A stretch of DNA of 64,000 bases from the NCBI GenBank assembly GCA_028534125.1, contig CM052816.1:76014001-76078000 (forward strand). The letters run 5' to 3'. Position 1 is the first letter of the stretch. Every line of letters starts with the position of its first letter. Both the position numbers and the translations under genes were made by a program. The notes beneath the pieces were generated by a model. It saw nothing but the letters and a program-made list of their open reading frames with translations. It ran no database searches and was not told the origin of the DNA. The DNA is from Lama glama (lineage: Eukaryota). This document shows positions 51,869 to 64,000 of this stretch, piece by piece.

Positions 51869-53894
51869 TTTTGACTGACTCATCTTTTTGTCCTCAAGTT
51901 GGTTTTCTACTTTTTGGTAAAGCTCTTCTTCCATCTTCAGTTCTTATCAGAGTCCTTTCTATTTTCTTCTGTTTTCCAGTGGCTCTTTCCTACTTTTATT
52001 TAGCCTTTCTCTGTGTCAATCAGTTTCTGACTTAAGATTCAACAAATATCCCAATATGAGTTTGTAATATTCTTAAATACATTTAGTTTTCTGGAAATTA
52101 ATTCGATAGACAACTCTTTATTTACATCTGATTATCTCAGACAAACTCCTTGTTTTTAATTTCCCTAGTTGACAACAAATTTCTCTTCACCAAATATCCT
52201 GTAAGGAGACTGTGTTCTTTTCTAGTTGCTGATTTTCTTTGTGGCTGAGCTTATCTGTGAGACTTATCTGTGAGATACTAACCCTGAGTAGGAGGCTAGT
52301 GTTTCTTATTACTCAGTGTAGTTCATAATTCTTCAAAGACTTCAGTTTACCTCATTTGGAATTTGAAAATTATTCCAATTCACCTCATGAAAGATGACCA
52401 TTCCATGACTATGGTGAAATAACTCCCAGACTGTGAGTTCACCAATTCCAGTTTTATTATAGACTGAGTCTCTGTATGATTTCATGACTTCAAACAATTA
52501 GTTGCTAAGATACTCTTTGTCAAACAATTCAGCAATTCAATAGGGGAAAAATAGCGTTGTTTTTGCCAAGTCATTCCAGTCAAAACAGGTGAACTGTAAT
52601 AAAAATATGAACGATTATGGGTCAGTGAACTCTTAACCTCTAAAATAATGTGGAAAATTGTGATCTGTGCATATATGCATTTTCTGGGGAGAGGATTTAT
52701 TGCTATTATTAGATTCTCATTACCTTGCATAGTACCTGCCACATTGTTGAGTCTGAATAAATAATAGATGGGTGAATTACAAATGATACAAGAATTCTAA
52801 AAATGGTTCCCTCATTAGTGAAAAAAAAAAGTTTAAAAATAACCAGAGCCACTTTTTTTTTCCTCTGAATATTGCCTCTCTACAGATCTCTTCTGCTTCT
52901 CCTTTTTGATGTTCCTAGAAGGTGGGTGTTAGAAGTTTTGAATTTATCTTTCATATTTCTTCACTTTTCTTTCATACTTTCCAATTTTTATCCCTTTCTG
53001 GTGTGTTCTAGAAAATTCATCATCTCAGTCTCACCAGTTCAAATTTAGCTGTGTCTTTTCTACTATTCATTTTATTTAAAGGCTTTAATTTTAATTTTAT
53101 TTTAGTCAAGCTGCTTTTAGTTACTAGGGGCTAGATAAATAGTAAGCCTTATTTCCATGCTTGTGGCACTTTTACCCTCAATTGTTTGCTTAGCTAACTT
53201 TCAGTAGTTCTGTGGAATCATATTCTCAAATGATGGCTTCTTTCTTTACCATGGAGAATAATCATGGGTGGACAAAATTTCACATTTGCATCTCCTAGGT
53301 ATAATTGAAATACATTAAGTCTTAGCCCCTTCTTTGCCTGAGATCGGCTACATAATGTACCTGAAAGTATTACTACATCTAGGTTAACCTGGGTATGGAT
53401 AATGTCTTCTAACAGAAATTGAGGAGCCTTGCTTATAGTCTCAGCTTGCCTGTCAACTAATCTGGTGAGCTTGGCCAGGTTACTTCTTTGTACCTCATGC
53501 TCCTCCATGACTAACCTGGAGCCTAAGCTCTCCTGCTCCTCCTCTCAACTGCTCAGGAAGACAAAGAGTCCTGAATTATTTATAGTGGCAGCCCTGTAAC
53601 CAATTAAACCTTAGAAATAGCAAGACCCAAATGGTTATTCATGCTCAAGTAGTAGAACTGAAGAAAACTCCATCTTAGTTATTTTTGGACAGATGCTGTC
53701 ATTTAAAGTAATGAAAAACAAGCTCAACCTTGCTTATATCATACAGGCACATTTTACAAGTTTCACAACTTCCATTAGTATGGTAAGCATTAGGCTTGGT
53801 ACACAAGGTCTTTACTGAGATTCTATTGAACTTTACTTCTCTGAGATTCTGTTGACTCTGTTCTTTTCTGGTTGATTGAAAGATGGTGGTAGTC

Positions 53895-54330
53895 ATTAAG
53901 GCATCTCACTTAAATATGAACAGGAATGGAGGAAGAAGAGTCCATTTATCCTGTCTTTCCTCCACTTAGTAGTAAGGAGTTTATTCCCAGAAGTGCCCCC
54001 CAGATTACTCTCCTTATGCCTGGAATTGTATTAAACTGTACTAAATATCAATTCCTAAGCCAATCACTGATAAGGAGAATGGATCATCATGACTGGCTTA
54101 GATTCCAACAGTTTTTGCCAGTTTATTTGTTACTCTTGTGAAGAGACAGAGCCTTGAATTTCTCTACTCTGCCATTTTCGATGTCACCTTAGCTTTCTGA
54201 TTGGCATGGATTAATTAAGATTTACCACTGGTGTTAGAGCTGTGTAAAGTTATTTTTAGAAGAGAGAGAATCCCGATAAATTAGGCTTAGCAAGGAGAAA
54301 TGGACAGCAATGTTCACTGAAGTCACTATG
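53895..54330 (-). mobile_element. MLT1 (J/K/L-type) LTR fragment
   Basis: ttcccagaagtgccccccagatt..ttcctaagccaatcactgataaggagaatggatcatcatgactggcttaga. Confidence 0.6.
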
Positions 54331-54799
54331 GAAATGATTATAATAAAAGGCATCAGGGAGGAGAGAGGGTGATGATGGAGAGTCCTGGGCCAGAGCACAG
54401 TCTGTCAGTTGAGAGGACAGCAAAGTCTTAGGAGGAAGACAGACTCAGGTTCCAGATTGGCTCTGTCACCCTCCTGGTATATTAATGTGGGGAAATCAGT
54501 TAACTTTGTTGTACCTCAGTCTCATAATCATAATAGGAAGAGAATAATAATTTCTCCATTTTTGAATGAATATTAAGGTGATAGAAGAAATATAGTATGT
54601 CAGAAGAGAACTTGGCACATCACAGATGGTTGTCATTATTGTGTTGATGAGTGATTGACCCTCCTGGTACTCTGCAAGGATACTCTACTGAGTGATTAGC
54701 AGAGCAGACTAAGTAGGAAGTTACTGGTAGCTGGATGACTGTGATTAAATCACAATACTTGGCCTTTATTGAGTACTTCCTGTATGCCTGGGATTATTT

Positions 54800-55386
54800 A
54801 TTGATTCAATCAACAAATCATTATTGAGTGCCTACAGTGTGTCAGACACTGTTCTTGGCACTGGAGATCCAGCACTAAATATGAGAGATAAACACTTCTG
54901 ACCTTAAGACGTTGACAGCCTAGTGGCGGGGGTGGGGAAGACAGACACAAGTAAGTGTAGAAAGGTATGGGATGTGAGGTGGTGCTGAGGGGAGCCATGA
55001 GGCATGGAAAGATAGGGAGGGCTGGGATGGGGAGGCAAGCTTATACAGGGTGTTCAGGGAGGGTCCTCCTGAGCAAAGAGCTGAAGGAGGCGAGGTAGTA
55101 GGGGAGCAGGCCACGTGGCATTCTGGAGGAGATGTCCCAACAGAGGGACAGCACGTGCAGAAGTTCTGACACTGCAGCATGCCTGGAAAGTCCAGGGAAG
55201 AGCAACGAAGACAGTGTGGCTGGAAAACAGGGAGCAAAGGATCAGGAGAGGGTGAGGTCCGGAAGGTGGCAGGTGAGATTGAGTAGGGAAGTTTGTAAAG
55301 CTTTGAATGTGATTTTAAGGACTTGGACATTTCATTCTGAGTGATATGGAAAGTTGTGAGGGATTTGAGCAGAGAGGGGTGGCATT
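54800..55386 (-). mobile_element. L2a 3' fragment
   Basis: attcaatcaacaaatcattattgagtgcctacagtgtgtcagacactgttcttggcactggagat..cagagggacagcacgtgcaga..taaggacttggacatttcattctgagtga. Confidence 0.88.
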
Positions 55387-57086
55387 CATTACTTTTCCTT
55401 CATCATTCTTTCAGTTTTCTTTGATTTGCATTTCTGTTTTTATAATTTTTAATAATTAAAAAAATGTTTTTGTCGGTCCCTGCCCAGTTCCTAGCTTTTC
55501 AACGAGTTGCTGTGTGTTAGCAGTTCCTGCAGCCATAACAGCTGTTTGCTCCAGACTCCTAGACATGCTTCGTTGGCCCTGAAACTACTGAGAAGCTGTC
55601 TGGCCGTCTGTCAGTAGTCTCATTTATTTACTAACCGGATGTGGACATAACCTTTGCCTGCTTCTGCCTGAGGGGATCCTTGGCATCTCCCTCAAGAGGT
55701 TAGGCTGTTTTGGTTTCTAGAACTGTTTAGGAGACTGGTGCTTGATAGAAACTACCTTCTAGCCCTCGGTCTGCCGAGGGGCTGCTGCCTGCCTGATGGG
55801 CTGCAGTGTCTGCTGTGACCTGACGGTGAAGTCAGGCTTGGGGCTTCCCCCTTAAATTGACTTGTCCTCATCTCATTGGACCTTGATGACTGCCTGCATG
55901 TCTTCTAGATCTTAGGTGCCATATCACTTGGTTGTTATTCTTACCACCCTTTTAGACATATGTTGGGGTCTGTTATTCTCCCATTTGTGACCTAGCTGCT
56001 CCCCAAATTTTTGTTCTCAAACCCTGTGTGCTGCATATGAGAATTTCCTCAGAACCAAATTTCTATTAATTCCTTCTTTATCAAATCTTGAGTCCATCTA
56101 GTTTTTTGTTGTTGTTTTCGTTGTTTAAAAAATATTCTATTTTTTATGTATAACTATTATTATTTTCTTCTGTTTTTCTATAGTAATTTCTAATTCTCTT
56201 TGAACAAATATTCATCCTTTCTTTATCTCTATGAACATTCAGATTACTTTTTATAATTCTTCGGTGGAACATTCTTTGATTATTAAATCACCTGGAGGGG
56301 ATTCTTTTTCCCCTTGTGGGGTGTGGATTGTGGATTTTGTTGGCTTCCTTTCTTCCTCTGGTATGCAGGATAGTTTTTTGAGTGGGATAATTTTGTCTTC
56401 TCCCTTTTTTTCTCTTGTGCTCACCTCCTCCTTGTCTAGGGGTTTTCTCTCCTGTCTCCATCCAGCCCTCTGAACTCCCAGTCTGGAATCAGGTGTTGTG
56501 ATGTGTTGCGGCTCCTGTTTTGTTGTGATGTTTGATATAGTGCGGATGCACTCTGCAAGCCGGTCCTGAGCATCAGTTATGCTTTGTCAAGCAGCCTTGC
56601 AGAGCGTACAGTTTGTGAAGTCTTGGGCAGTTTTCTCAGTTTCCCCCAGGAGCAGTGAGGAGGGAGCGGTGGGCAGAGGGGAGTACTTCCCTGCCAGCAG
56701 GCACCTGGCTTCAGGCAAGGAGCCTGAATCCTCTTCCACGTCTGCCGTAGGGTATTAAGTGCTTCTTACTCACAGTCACTGGAATCTTAAATGCCCCTGT
56801 CTGTTTCCAGACTCCAGACCCTGCAGATTCTGGCCTTTAGCCATAGGCTCTGCTTTGCATTTGTGTTCCTAATGATATTTATTTTGTTTTGAAGCCTGGT
56901 TATAGATCTTAGATTTTCTTCTTTTAGATTTTTTTCAATTATTCTTTGGAAGGAAAAAGGTATATTAGATTATGAAATTAATTTACCATCTTGGCTGGCG
57001 TTTTCAGGTAGATTTTTAAGTAGAAATTGAGAATGCTATTTTTGTCAGTTTTGTAACTGATGAAATCATAATTTTCTTACCTGTAT

Positions 57087-58384
57087 GTCTTAGTCTGCTT
57101 GAGTTGCTATAACAAAATATCACAGACTGAGTGGCTTAAACAACGAGCATTTATTTCTCACAGTTACGAGTGCTGGGAAGTCCAAGATCAAGGTGCTGGA
57201 AAATTCATTTCTTGGTGAGAGTCCTCTTCCTGGTTTGCAGATGGCCTGGTTTGCGTATCTCTCTGTGTGCTCACATGGCCTCTTCTTTGTCTTAACTCCG
57301 AGGAATAGAGAGCTCTAATGTCCCTTCCTCTTCTTTCTCTTATCGAAGTATAGTTTATTTACAATGTTTTGTTAGTTTCAGGTGTACAACAGAGTGATTC
57401 AGATCTATCTATCTATATATATGTTTTTTATTTTTCAGAGTCTTTTCCATTATAGGTTATTACAAGATATTGAATATAGTACCTTGTGCTATACTGTAGG
57501 ACCTTGTTGTTTATCTATTATATATATAGTAGTTTGTATCCACTAATTCCAAAATACCTAATTTATACCTTCCCCCCTTTCCCCTTTTGTAACCATACAT
57601 TTGTTTTCTATGTCTGTGAGTCTGTTTCTGTTTTTTAAAAAGTTCATTTGTGTCATTTTTTTTTAGATTTCACATATAAGTGATACCATATGATATTTAT
57701 CTTTCTCTGTCTGACTTACTTCACTTAGTATGACAGTCTCCAGGTCCCTCCATGTTACTGCAGTTTGCATTATTTCACTCTTTTTTATAGCCAACTAATA
57801 TTCCACTGTGTGTGTGTATGTGTGTATATGTGGCACATCTTATTTATCCATTCATTTGTCAATGGACATTTAGGTTGCTTCCATGTCTTGGTTATTGTAA
57901 ATAGTGTTGCTATGAACATTGGGGTGCATAGATCTTTTTGAATTACAGTGCCCAGGGGTGGGATTGATGGATCATATGTAACTCTTTTTTTGTTTTTTAA
58001 GGGCCCACCATACTATTCTCTACCAATTTACATTCCCACGAACAGTGCAGGAGGGTTCCCTTTTCTCCATACCCTTCCAAGCATTTATTATTTGTAAACT
58101 TTTTAACGATGGCCATTCTGACTAGTGTGAAGTGATACCCCATGGTAGTTTTGACTTGCATTTCTCTAGTAATTAGCAGTGTTGAGCATCTTTTCATGTG
58201 CCTATTGGGCATCTGTATGTCTTCTTTGAGAATCTCTTTCTCTTCTTACAAGGGTTCTTGTCCCATCATGAGGGCATCACTTTCATGACCTCACTAAACC
58301 TAATTACCTCCCAAAGAGGTTAGGACTTCAACATGTGATTTTTTTTTTTTTTGTGTGGGAGACACAAACGTTAAGTCCATAGCA
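57087..58384 (-). mobile_element. MLT1A/MST-type MaLR solo LTR split by an L1
   Basis: tgtcttagtctgcttgagttgctataacaaaatatcacagactgagtggcttaaacaac..gggaagtccaagatcaaggtgc; resumes tcccatcatgaggg..taattacctcccaaag..gagacacaaacgttaagtccatagca. Confidence 0.9.
57336..58232 (-). mobile_element. 5'-truncated L1 inserted in the MaLR LTR
   Basis: Minus ORF 57997-58212 [47 protein letters not shown] (L1 ORF2 C-terminus); candidate TSD tcccttcctcttctt (57321-57335) / tctctttctcttctt (58233-58247). Confidence 0.95.
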
Positions 58385-61329
58385 TTGAGCTATTACTACG
58401 TTATTGTTTCTCAGTTAGTTTCAGAACCATAATTCAAGTAATGTCTACAGGTATATTGATTTTTAATTTAAAGAAAGAGACTAAAGAGTTTCTGCAGTCC
58501 TTACCAACTGAGCTAGTTTTAGAGTTGTCCACATCAGAAGCAGAAAGAATCCAGGCCCTGGGCCTCTGGGCACAATCTTCTAGAATTTTAGCCATTATGT
58601 GAGTGATTCAATTTAGTGAATCAGCCCATTTCTGTGATTTCAACTAATAACAGCAAGCACTGGGAGGAAGGTGGCAACTTGTTCAGAGCAGTAAGTCTCT
58701 CATTTGGATCCTTAGCTGTACAACGAGAAAAACAAATGTAAATATTTAATAGCAAAATCATGCCTTTGTCCTTATCAATGACTGCCAAATAATCCACACA
58801 TTGAAAATGAGTCACACATAACAGTCTTTGGTGTTTCTGCCTTTTGTTCTTCCTGTTTAGAGAATGAAGATGAGTTTAGAAATCTAATTACTGTGTTGCC
58901 AAGTAAGATGAGAGAAGTGATCCAGAGCAAGGACATTCCTGCAAACTCAGCTCCAGGTTGGCAATGAGAATCTAACTCCTGCTGGAGGACAGGTCCTGCC
59001 CTGGGGTGTGAGGGGTTTCACGGCTGTTTTTAAGAATCTTACATTATCAGAAAGAGGCAAGGGATCCTATCTCCAGGGACTCTTTATCTGAGAACACCAA
59101 ATAGTAAACATTAAACTTTGGCTAGCAAAAGCTACATTCAGGAATACAGATATACATAGATCAATTGATCTGTCTGTCTGTCTGTCTATCTGTCTATCTA
59201 TCAATCAATCATCTAGGCTAAGAGTTAATTAAATACCTTTTTTTCCCTACTAGAGTCTCTTGTCCTTCCTAACTGAATCTTCTTTGCTCATGGCTCATAT
59301 GGCAGGCCTAGGAGTACCAGGAGACCACATAAAGTCTTCCCTACCCAAATTCAGTCTGGACAATGACCTATTTTGTATCCAGGGTAAAAGGATGTTTAGG
59401 CCAATCTGATTTTTTCTTATTTGGACCAAATTAGGAAATGTAGAGAGGAGTGGAAGGCATATCAAAGGACACATAGAATTAAGCTATGTGGTTGAGATCA
59501 TAAATCAGGGCCAAGCTGGAGTTAGAAGAAAAAATATTAAAGGAGAGACATAAGAAAATGTATGAAGATAAAAAGAGGAAACCAAGAAATCAGTGATGGT
59601 TTAGAAAAGGGCAAGCGGAGATATTAGTGACATATCACTACAGGGCAGCCATAAACTCTGAAAACAGATAAAATTATCATGTGTTGAAACACAATACCAA
59701 TAAACTATTTATTATGTGTTTGGCTATATTTATAGACTTGGTGTCCAGGCTTCGGTGGAGATTCTGTAGCCTGTCTCTACTGTGGATCCCACTCTAGTTG
59801 CGTGACTTCTCCTACATTCCTGTGCATTTGTATTCATACAACGTCCTCACTGTTGCCAACATCACTTTATTACTTGGGATAACTAAAGTGAGCCTCCTTT
59901 TCCTTGTAACCAGAAGATGCTAACTGAGCCAAACTCTGAGAGTAGAGCCCATTTCCTAACATGGGTTTATATACTTTCTTTGGGTTTTCTTTGTTTTCAC
60001 TTTTCTTGTGCTCTGTGAAACATTTTGGCTTCTGGGATGTGTAAAACACATTTTCTTCATGCTGTACATTGATTAGTGCCTTTTTCCGTGTAAATGTTTC
60101 TATATTATAAACTGTAGTGTTTGATTTAAACCATAGATTTGTATGTGCAGCACAGAAAACAAACCGTTCAGTTTACTTCTGTCTAATAATAACTCTAATA
60201 CCGTGCTTGCCAAAACCTCCATTAAAGACATATGCCTTGACTCATTGATTCCAACAATACGGAAAAGCACCATTTCCCAGCAGCTGGAGATTTGATGTTG
60301 CTTTTGAAGAGAAAAAAAAAGGATCCCATGAAAATATTTATATAGCTAGAAAACCCTGGGAAGCCCTCAGTAGCAGGCGGGATTCTGGGATCCCCAGTAG
60401 AAGAGTATCAGGAGTTCCTGAAAGGGTGTAATTTGGCTCATCATGAGAACAAGGTACACATGGATGAGACCAGTAACACAGAATGAAAGCCAAATTTTAA
60501 ATAGTAAAATTGGGGAACAGGGGCATGAAGAAGAGAAGCAAAAATAAAACAAATCTCAGATTGAGAATATTATTAATAATTAAACCCAAACTTTATGCTC
60601 AGATTCTCAGTAGCCCAGGCAAGAGGAAAACCAGATGATAATGTAGTTCTTCTTGTCTGACAATAGAATGTACCATATATTAGCTTTTTAGAATAACTTT
60701 TTCCTGTCCCTTTCATCTGAGGTGAATGTATCATGAGGTTCTTATACAGAAAGCACTGAAAAAAATTATGAATCTCAACCTACAGCCTGGACATCAAGTC
60801 TGTAAATTCATTAAAATACAAAATTATGCAGTAGATAGCATTTTTTTTAAACTAAAAATTCACATGGATTCCACTTCCAGTGGCTTTTCATAGTGGCCCT
60901 TGATGAAAATCAAACTCTTTAAAGGTAATTTTTGTAAAGGCATTTATGAAAGCTTGGAGTGGAGATTGAGTGATATGTTCAAGATGCTTTGCTGCTCTGT
61001 AGCTTCTCTGGGTGCAGAATAAGACTTATTGCCTATAATATTAATAGATATGAATAAACTGCTCAGTTGGAATGTAGAGGACTGAAAAGCATTCGGAGGT
61101 TCTGATTGGGAGAAGATCAATAGGATACGGTGAGTATGCATAATAAAAGAGTGTAAAATTGAGGATTTAAGGGTCTCTTGAAATACATTGTCCCCTTCTG
61201 GCTCCCTTTCAATATGCTATCTCTATTCTTCTTTTTCTTACTGTCAAAGCTCTGTCTCATTGAGACTGGTTTTAATCAAGCCCTGGTCGTATTAAAAAAA
61301 ATAATAACAAATTACAAATAATCGTCTTC

Positions 61330-61895
61330 TTCTCCAAATGCTCATCATCTTCTTATATTTCTTCCCTCAAGCTAGAAATGTCTCATTTTTTCCCTCCCTC
61401 TTACTTACACACAATCCTTTAGGTATCAACACCTTCATTCTGCCACGTTGTCAATTTTCAAATGTCTCCTCAGTCTATCTCTATGTCACTGCATTTGTGT
61501 TTGTTCATTATTTCTCAACTGGATTATTATAACAGTCTTCTAAATCACCTCCAGTTATATTTTCATATGATTCTAGGGTGATCTTTCTAAAATACCAGTT
61601 TTGTCCTCTACTAACAACCCTTCAATACCTCCCTCAAATCTTAAACACGGAGCATGGATACAAGACTCTGAATGACCCAGTCTTTGCTTACACACCCAGG
61701 TGGTTTGACATTCTCATATAAACTTCTGTTATCTATTTCTACTGAACCATGTGCAGCTCCCTTGAAAATGTCACATGTATGCTCCTATGCTCTTTTGCTT
61801 GTCTCCATCTTCACCTGGAACAGGTTTCTCCATTGCCACCCAATTTTGCCTAACTCATCCTTATCTTTCAAAATTAAGCTTAAGTGATCTGCTCT
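61330..61895 (+). mobile_element. L2 fragment
   Basis: ctcaagctagaaatg..ctggattattataacagtcttctaaatc..gggtgatctttctaaaatac..tgcctaactcatccttatctttcaaaatt. Confidence 0.6.
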
Positions 61896-62074
61896 TGTGC
61901 TTCTCATGTTGGGTTAGTTTCCTCAGCTTGGGGCTTTGGGAGCAGATCACTGTATGCACTTCCTTCCAGTGGAGTGTGAAGAGAAGGCAGTGCCACGGGG
62001 TCTAGAGAACTCTCCTAACCCTCTTCAGTTGCTGCATGTCATGGGCACAGAGTTGAGAGCTCAGTGCCATCATA

Positions 62075-62887
62075 GGGTGGAAATGGGCTTCTTGTGTTGA
62101 AAAATAGCTGCTCTGAGACATCTGTGCACATCCTAGAGGAAGACCAGGGAGTTATTAATGATCTCCTGAGAGACCACACTCTGGGGAGTAAGCTGACACA
62201 GCTGAAGATTGTTCAGTGCCTTCAACTGGATCAACCCAGGCTTGGCAAAGTCATGCAGTGCATCAGGCAGGGAAACCCCAAGGGCCAGGTGGTGCTCCCA
62301 ATCACCAGGTGACCCTGGTGTACCTGGCAATGTGTGGATACCCATTGTGGAGCCAGGCCTACCTCAGGAACTTGGTTTCCTATTTGAAACAGAAGCAGGC
62401 TATAGGGGTGATCGTCCTGCCGGTGGGTGGGTCCAAGGCAGGGGAACAAATCACAAGCATACTGTATGCATCCCTGTCCTACTACTTTTCATAGTGGTAC
62501 CTCCAGTCAGTGCTAAGGAGACCAGGGAAACTAAAGGAAGAACATAGAGTGATGGTTATCATCAGAGACACTGGCTGTCTTCTATAACTCTGTTTTTTTT
62601 GTGTTTTTTTTTTTGCAGTTATTTTAAAATCTCATCTCCTCCCTCCCATATATTTTGGCTTTAATTCTCTCCTGGGTTATTTTAGTTCATTTGGTGAGGA
62701 ACCAGAGGTCCTGTCTACCACCAAAGCCAAGTTTTTAGGTTTTGCTTTGTTTTTACAGTAATGAGAAGGGACTCTTGTTATGTTGATGTCTAGTGTACAA
62801 GATACTGTCTGCTGTGTTATGTGTTTTTTAATTTTTTGACTAACTGTATGGAGAGTTGTCAGAAAGGCCTCTGTTGAAGGACAGATT

Positions 62888-62890
<3 letters not shown>
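62075..62890 (+). pseudogene. RBM15B: 5'-truncated, disabled copy (probable retrocopy) of RBM15B: SPOC-domain coding region (62075-~62573) plus probable 3'UTR
   Basis: Three frames reconstruct GW-NGLLVLKNSC..HILEEDQGVINDLLRDHTLGSKLTQLKIVQCLQLDQP..RQGNPKG / IPIVEPGL / LRNLVSYLKQKQAIGVIVLPVGGSK..FS*WYLQSVLRRPGKLKEEHRVMVIIRDT. This matches the recalled RBM15B C-terminus (VLKNSCF, GDQGVI, GSKLTQLKI, VEPGL, RDTA) better than RBM15. Frameshifts near 62081, 62305-62313 and 62362; premature TAG at 62492-62494. Confidence 0.9.
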
Positions 62891-62923
<33 letters not shown>

Positions 62924-62958
62924 TCACTCACTCACTCACTCACTCACTCACACACACA
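62891..62958. repeat. Compound (CA)n(CTCA)n(CA)n microsatellite
   Basis: Directly visible, immediately after the pseudogene. Confidence 0.95.
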
Positions 62959-64000
62959 GGGCCATGGTAGTGGCATGAGTGATCCCATAGCCAAAGTTCA
63001 GAGTTACCTGCTGGATCTCAGGGCTGTGAGGAATGAGGAAGAGATCTATATGGGTCTGAAAATCTTAGAGCTGAGTCAGAAAGAGGGGGAATTGCAGTTG
63101 CTCCTGGGGAGCAATTTCTAGGCAAAAAGTAGACCATGAATAGCCAGGTGCTGACTTTAGCATTGTCTATTGACTAGGAGAACAAGGGGCATCCTTTGGG
63201 TACCAATGGGCCCTAGAGCATCCCTGGGGACTCACACAGTAAAGAAGTGTAAGCCACATACTTCTTTTACTAACATCCACTCACTATTTTAGGGAAAGAT
63301 GTGTAAATGATTGGATCTAACTAAGCATTAAGTTAAATTAGACATTCTGTCTCTTTTTTCTGTTAACCAAGGTATGAGGCTCAAGAGAAAGGCGTCATTT
63401 AAAGAAAAATTAAGAAATTAAATTTTCTATGTTTATCTAAGTGGTATCATGACTTAAATTTTGTGAACTTGCTACATGCCTGGAAGAAAAAAAATTGTTT
63501 TAGAAAATATGCTTTAGTTATAGGAGATATATTTGCAAGAGTATGTATAGAAAAGTTCCATAAACTAGGCCTCCATAAACTTAGAACAAGTACTTTTTCT
63601 TCTTAAGGCCTTATACTCATTGTTCTTCCTCTCAGTGCTTTATGCTATTTTCTTTGTGATGTTTATTATTAGATTTTGCTTCTTCAGTGAAGATATCAGA
63701 GAGCCTAAGTCTTTTCTAGAAACCAGCATTTTACGCTTGTCTTCTTGCTTCCCATTCTACTGGATTTTGCCAGAACTCCCTGGTTGCCTAGTGTAAGAAA
63801 ATATCATAATTATCAATATTTGGTCCTGGCCTACATGCTAATCAGATTATTATTGCTGAGAATTCAAAGGAGGAGAACAGAAATCTACTAAGAAGGAATA
63901 AATTGGTCCTCAGATTATAGTTCCAGGAAGCTGCACAGGAACAAAAGTTTGCCTGATGATGAAATAAGAGATCATGTAAGATGTAGATTTATATGGAGAG

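Noticed and set aside
51315..51934. Three long ORFs of 185-196 aa
   Set aside because: Artefacts of translating the N gap.
54920..55344. 136-aa and 70-aa ORFs
   Set aside because: Lie wholly within an L2a 3' remnant; no domain motifs.
62094..62547. Functional SPOC-domain gene
   Set aside because: Homology is split over three frames, with an in-frame stop, no native start and CpG-type decay at conserved arginines.

Overview
AT-rich, repeat-dense mammalian DNA that is intergenic or deep-intronic. It is most likely camelid (alpaca/camel), judged from a Vic-1-type tRNA-derived SINE at ~38.4 kb and camelid/artiodactyl-type L1 3' ends. I found no intact protein-coding gene, tRNA, rRNA or CRISPR array. 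The listed ORFs are repeat-derived, low-complexity, gap-spanning or chance frames. The one recognisable host-gene-derived feature is a disabled, 5'-truncated RBM15B copy at ~62.07-62.89 kb that covers almost exactly the SPOC domain plus probable 3'UTR and ends in a (CA)n tract. The rest is a layered transposon record: young and old L1s (several with readable target-site duplications, TSDs), L2, MIR, a deleted ERV-L provirus with an MLT2 LTR, MaLR/LTR16-type LTRs, hAT elements (Charlie1, BLACKJACK, MER5/20/33) and a MER2 piece. There is a 500-N assembly gap at 51369-51868. I do not see convincing evidence of a novel biological system; the findings below are modest and testable. Repeat family names come from recalled consensus sequences, and boundaries of old elements are approximate.
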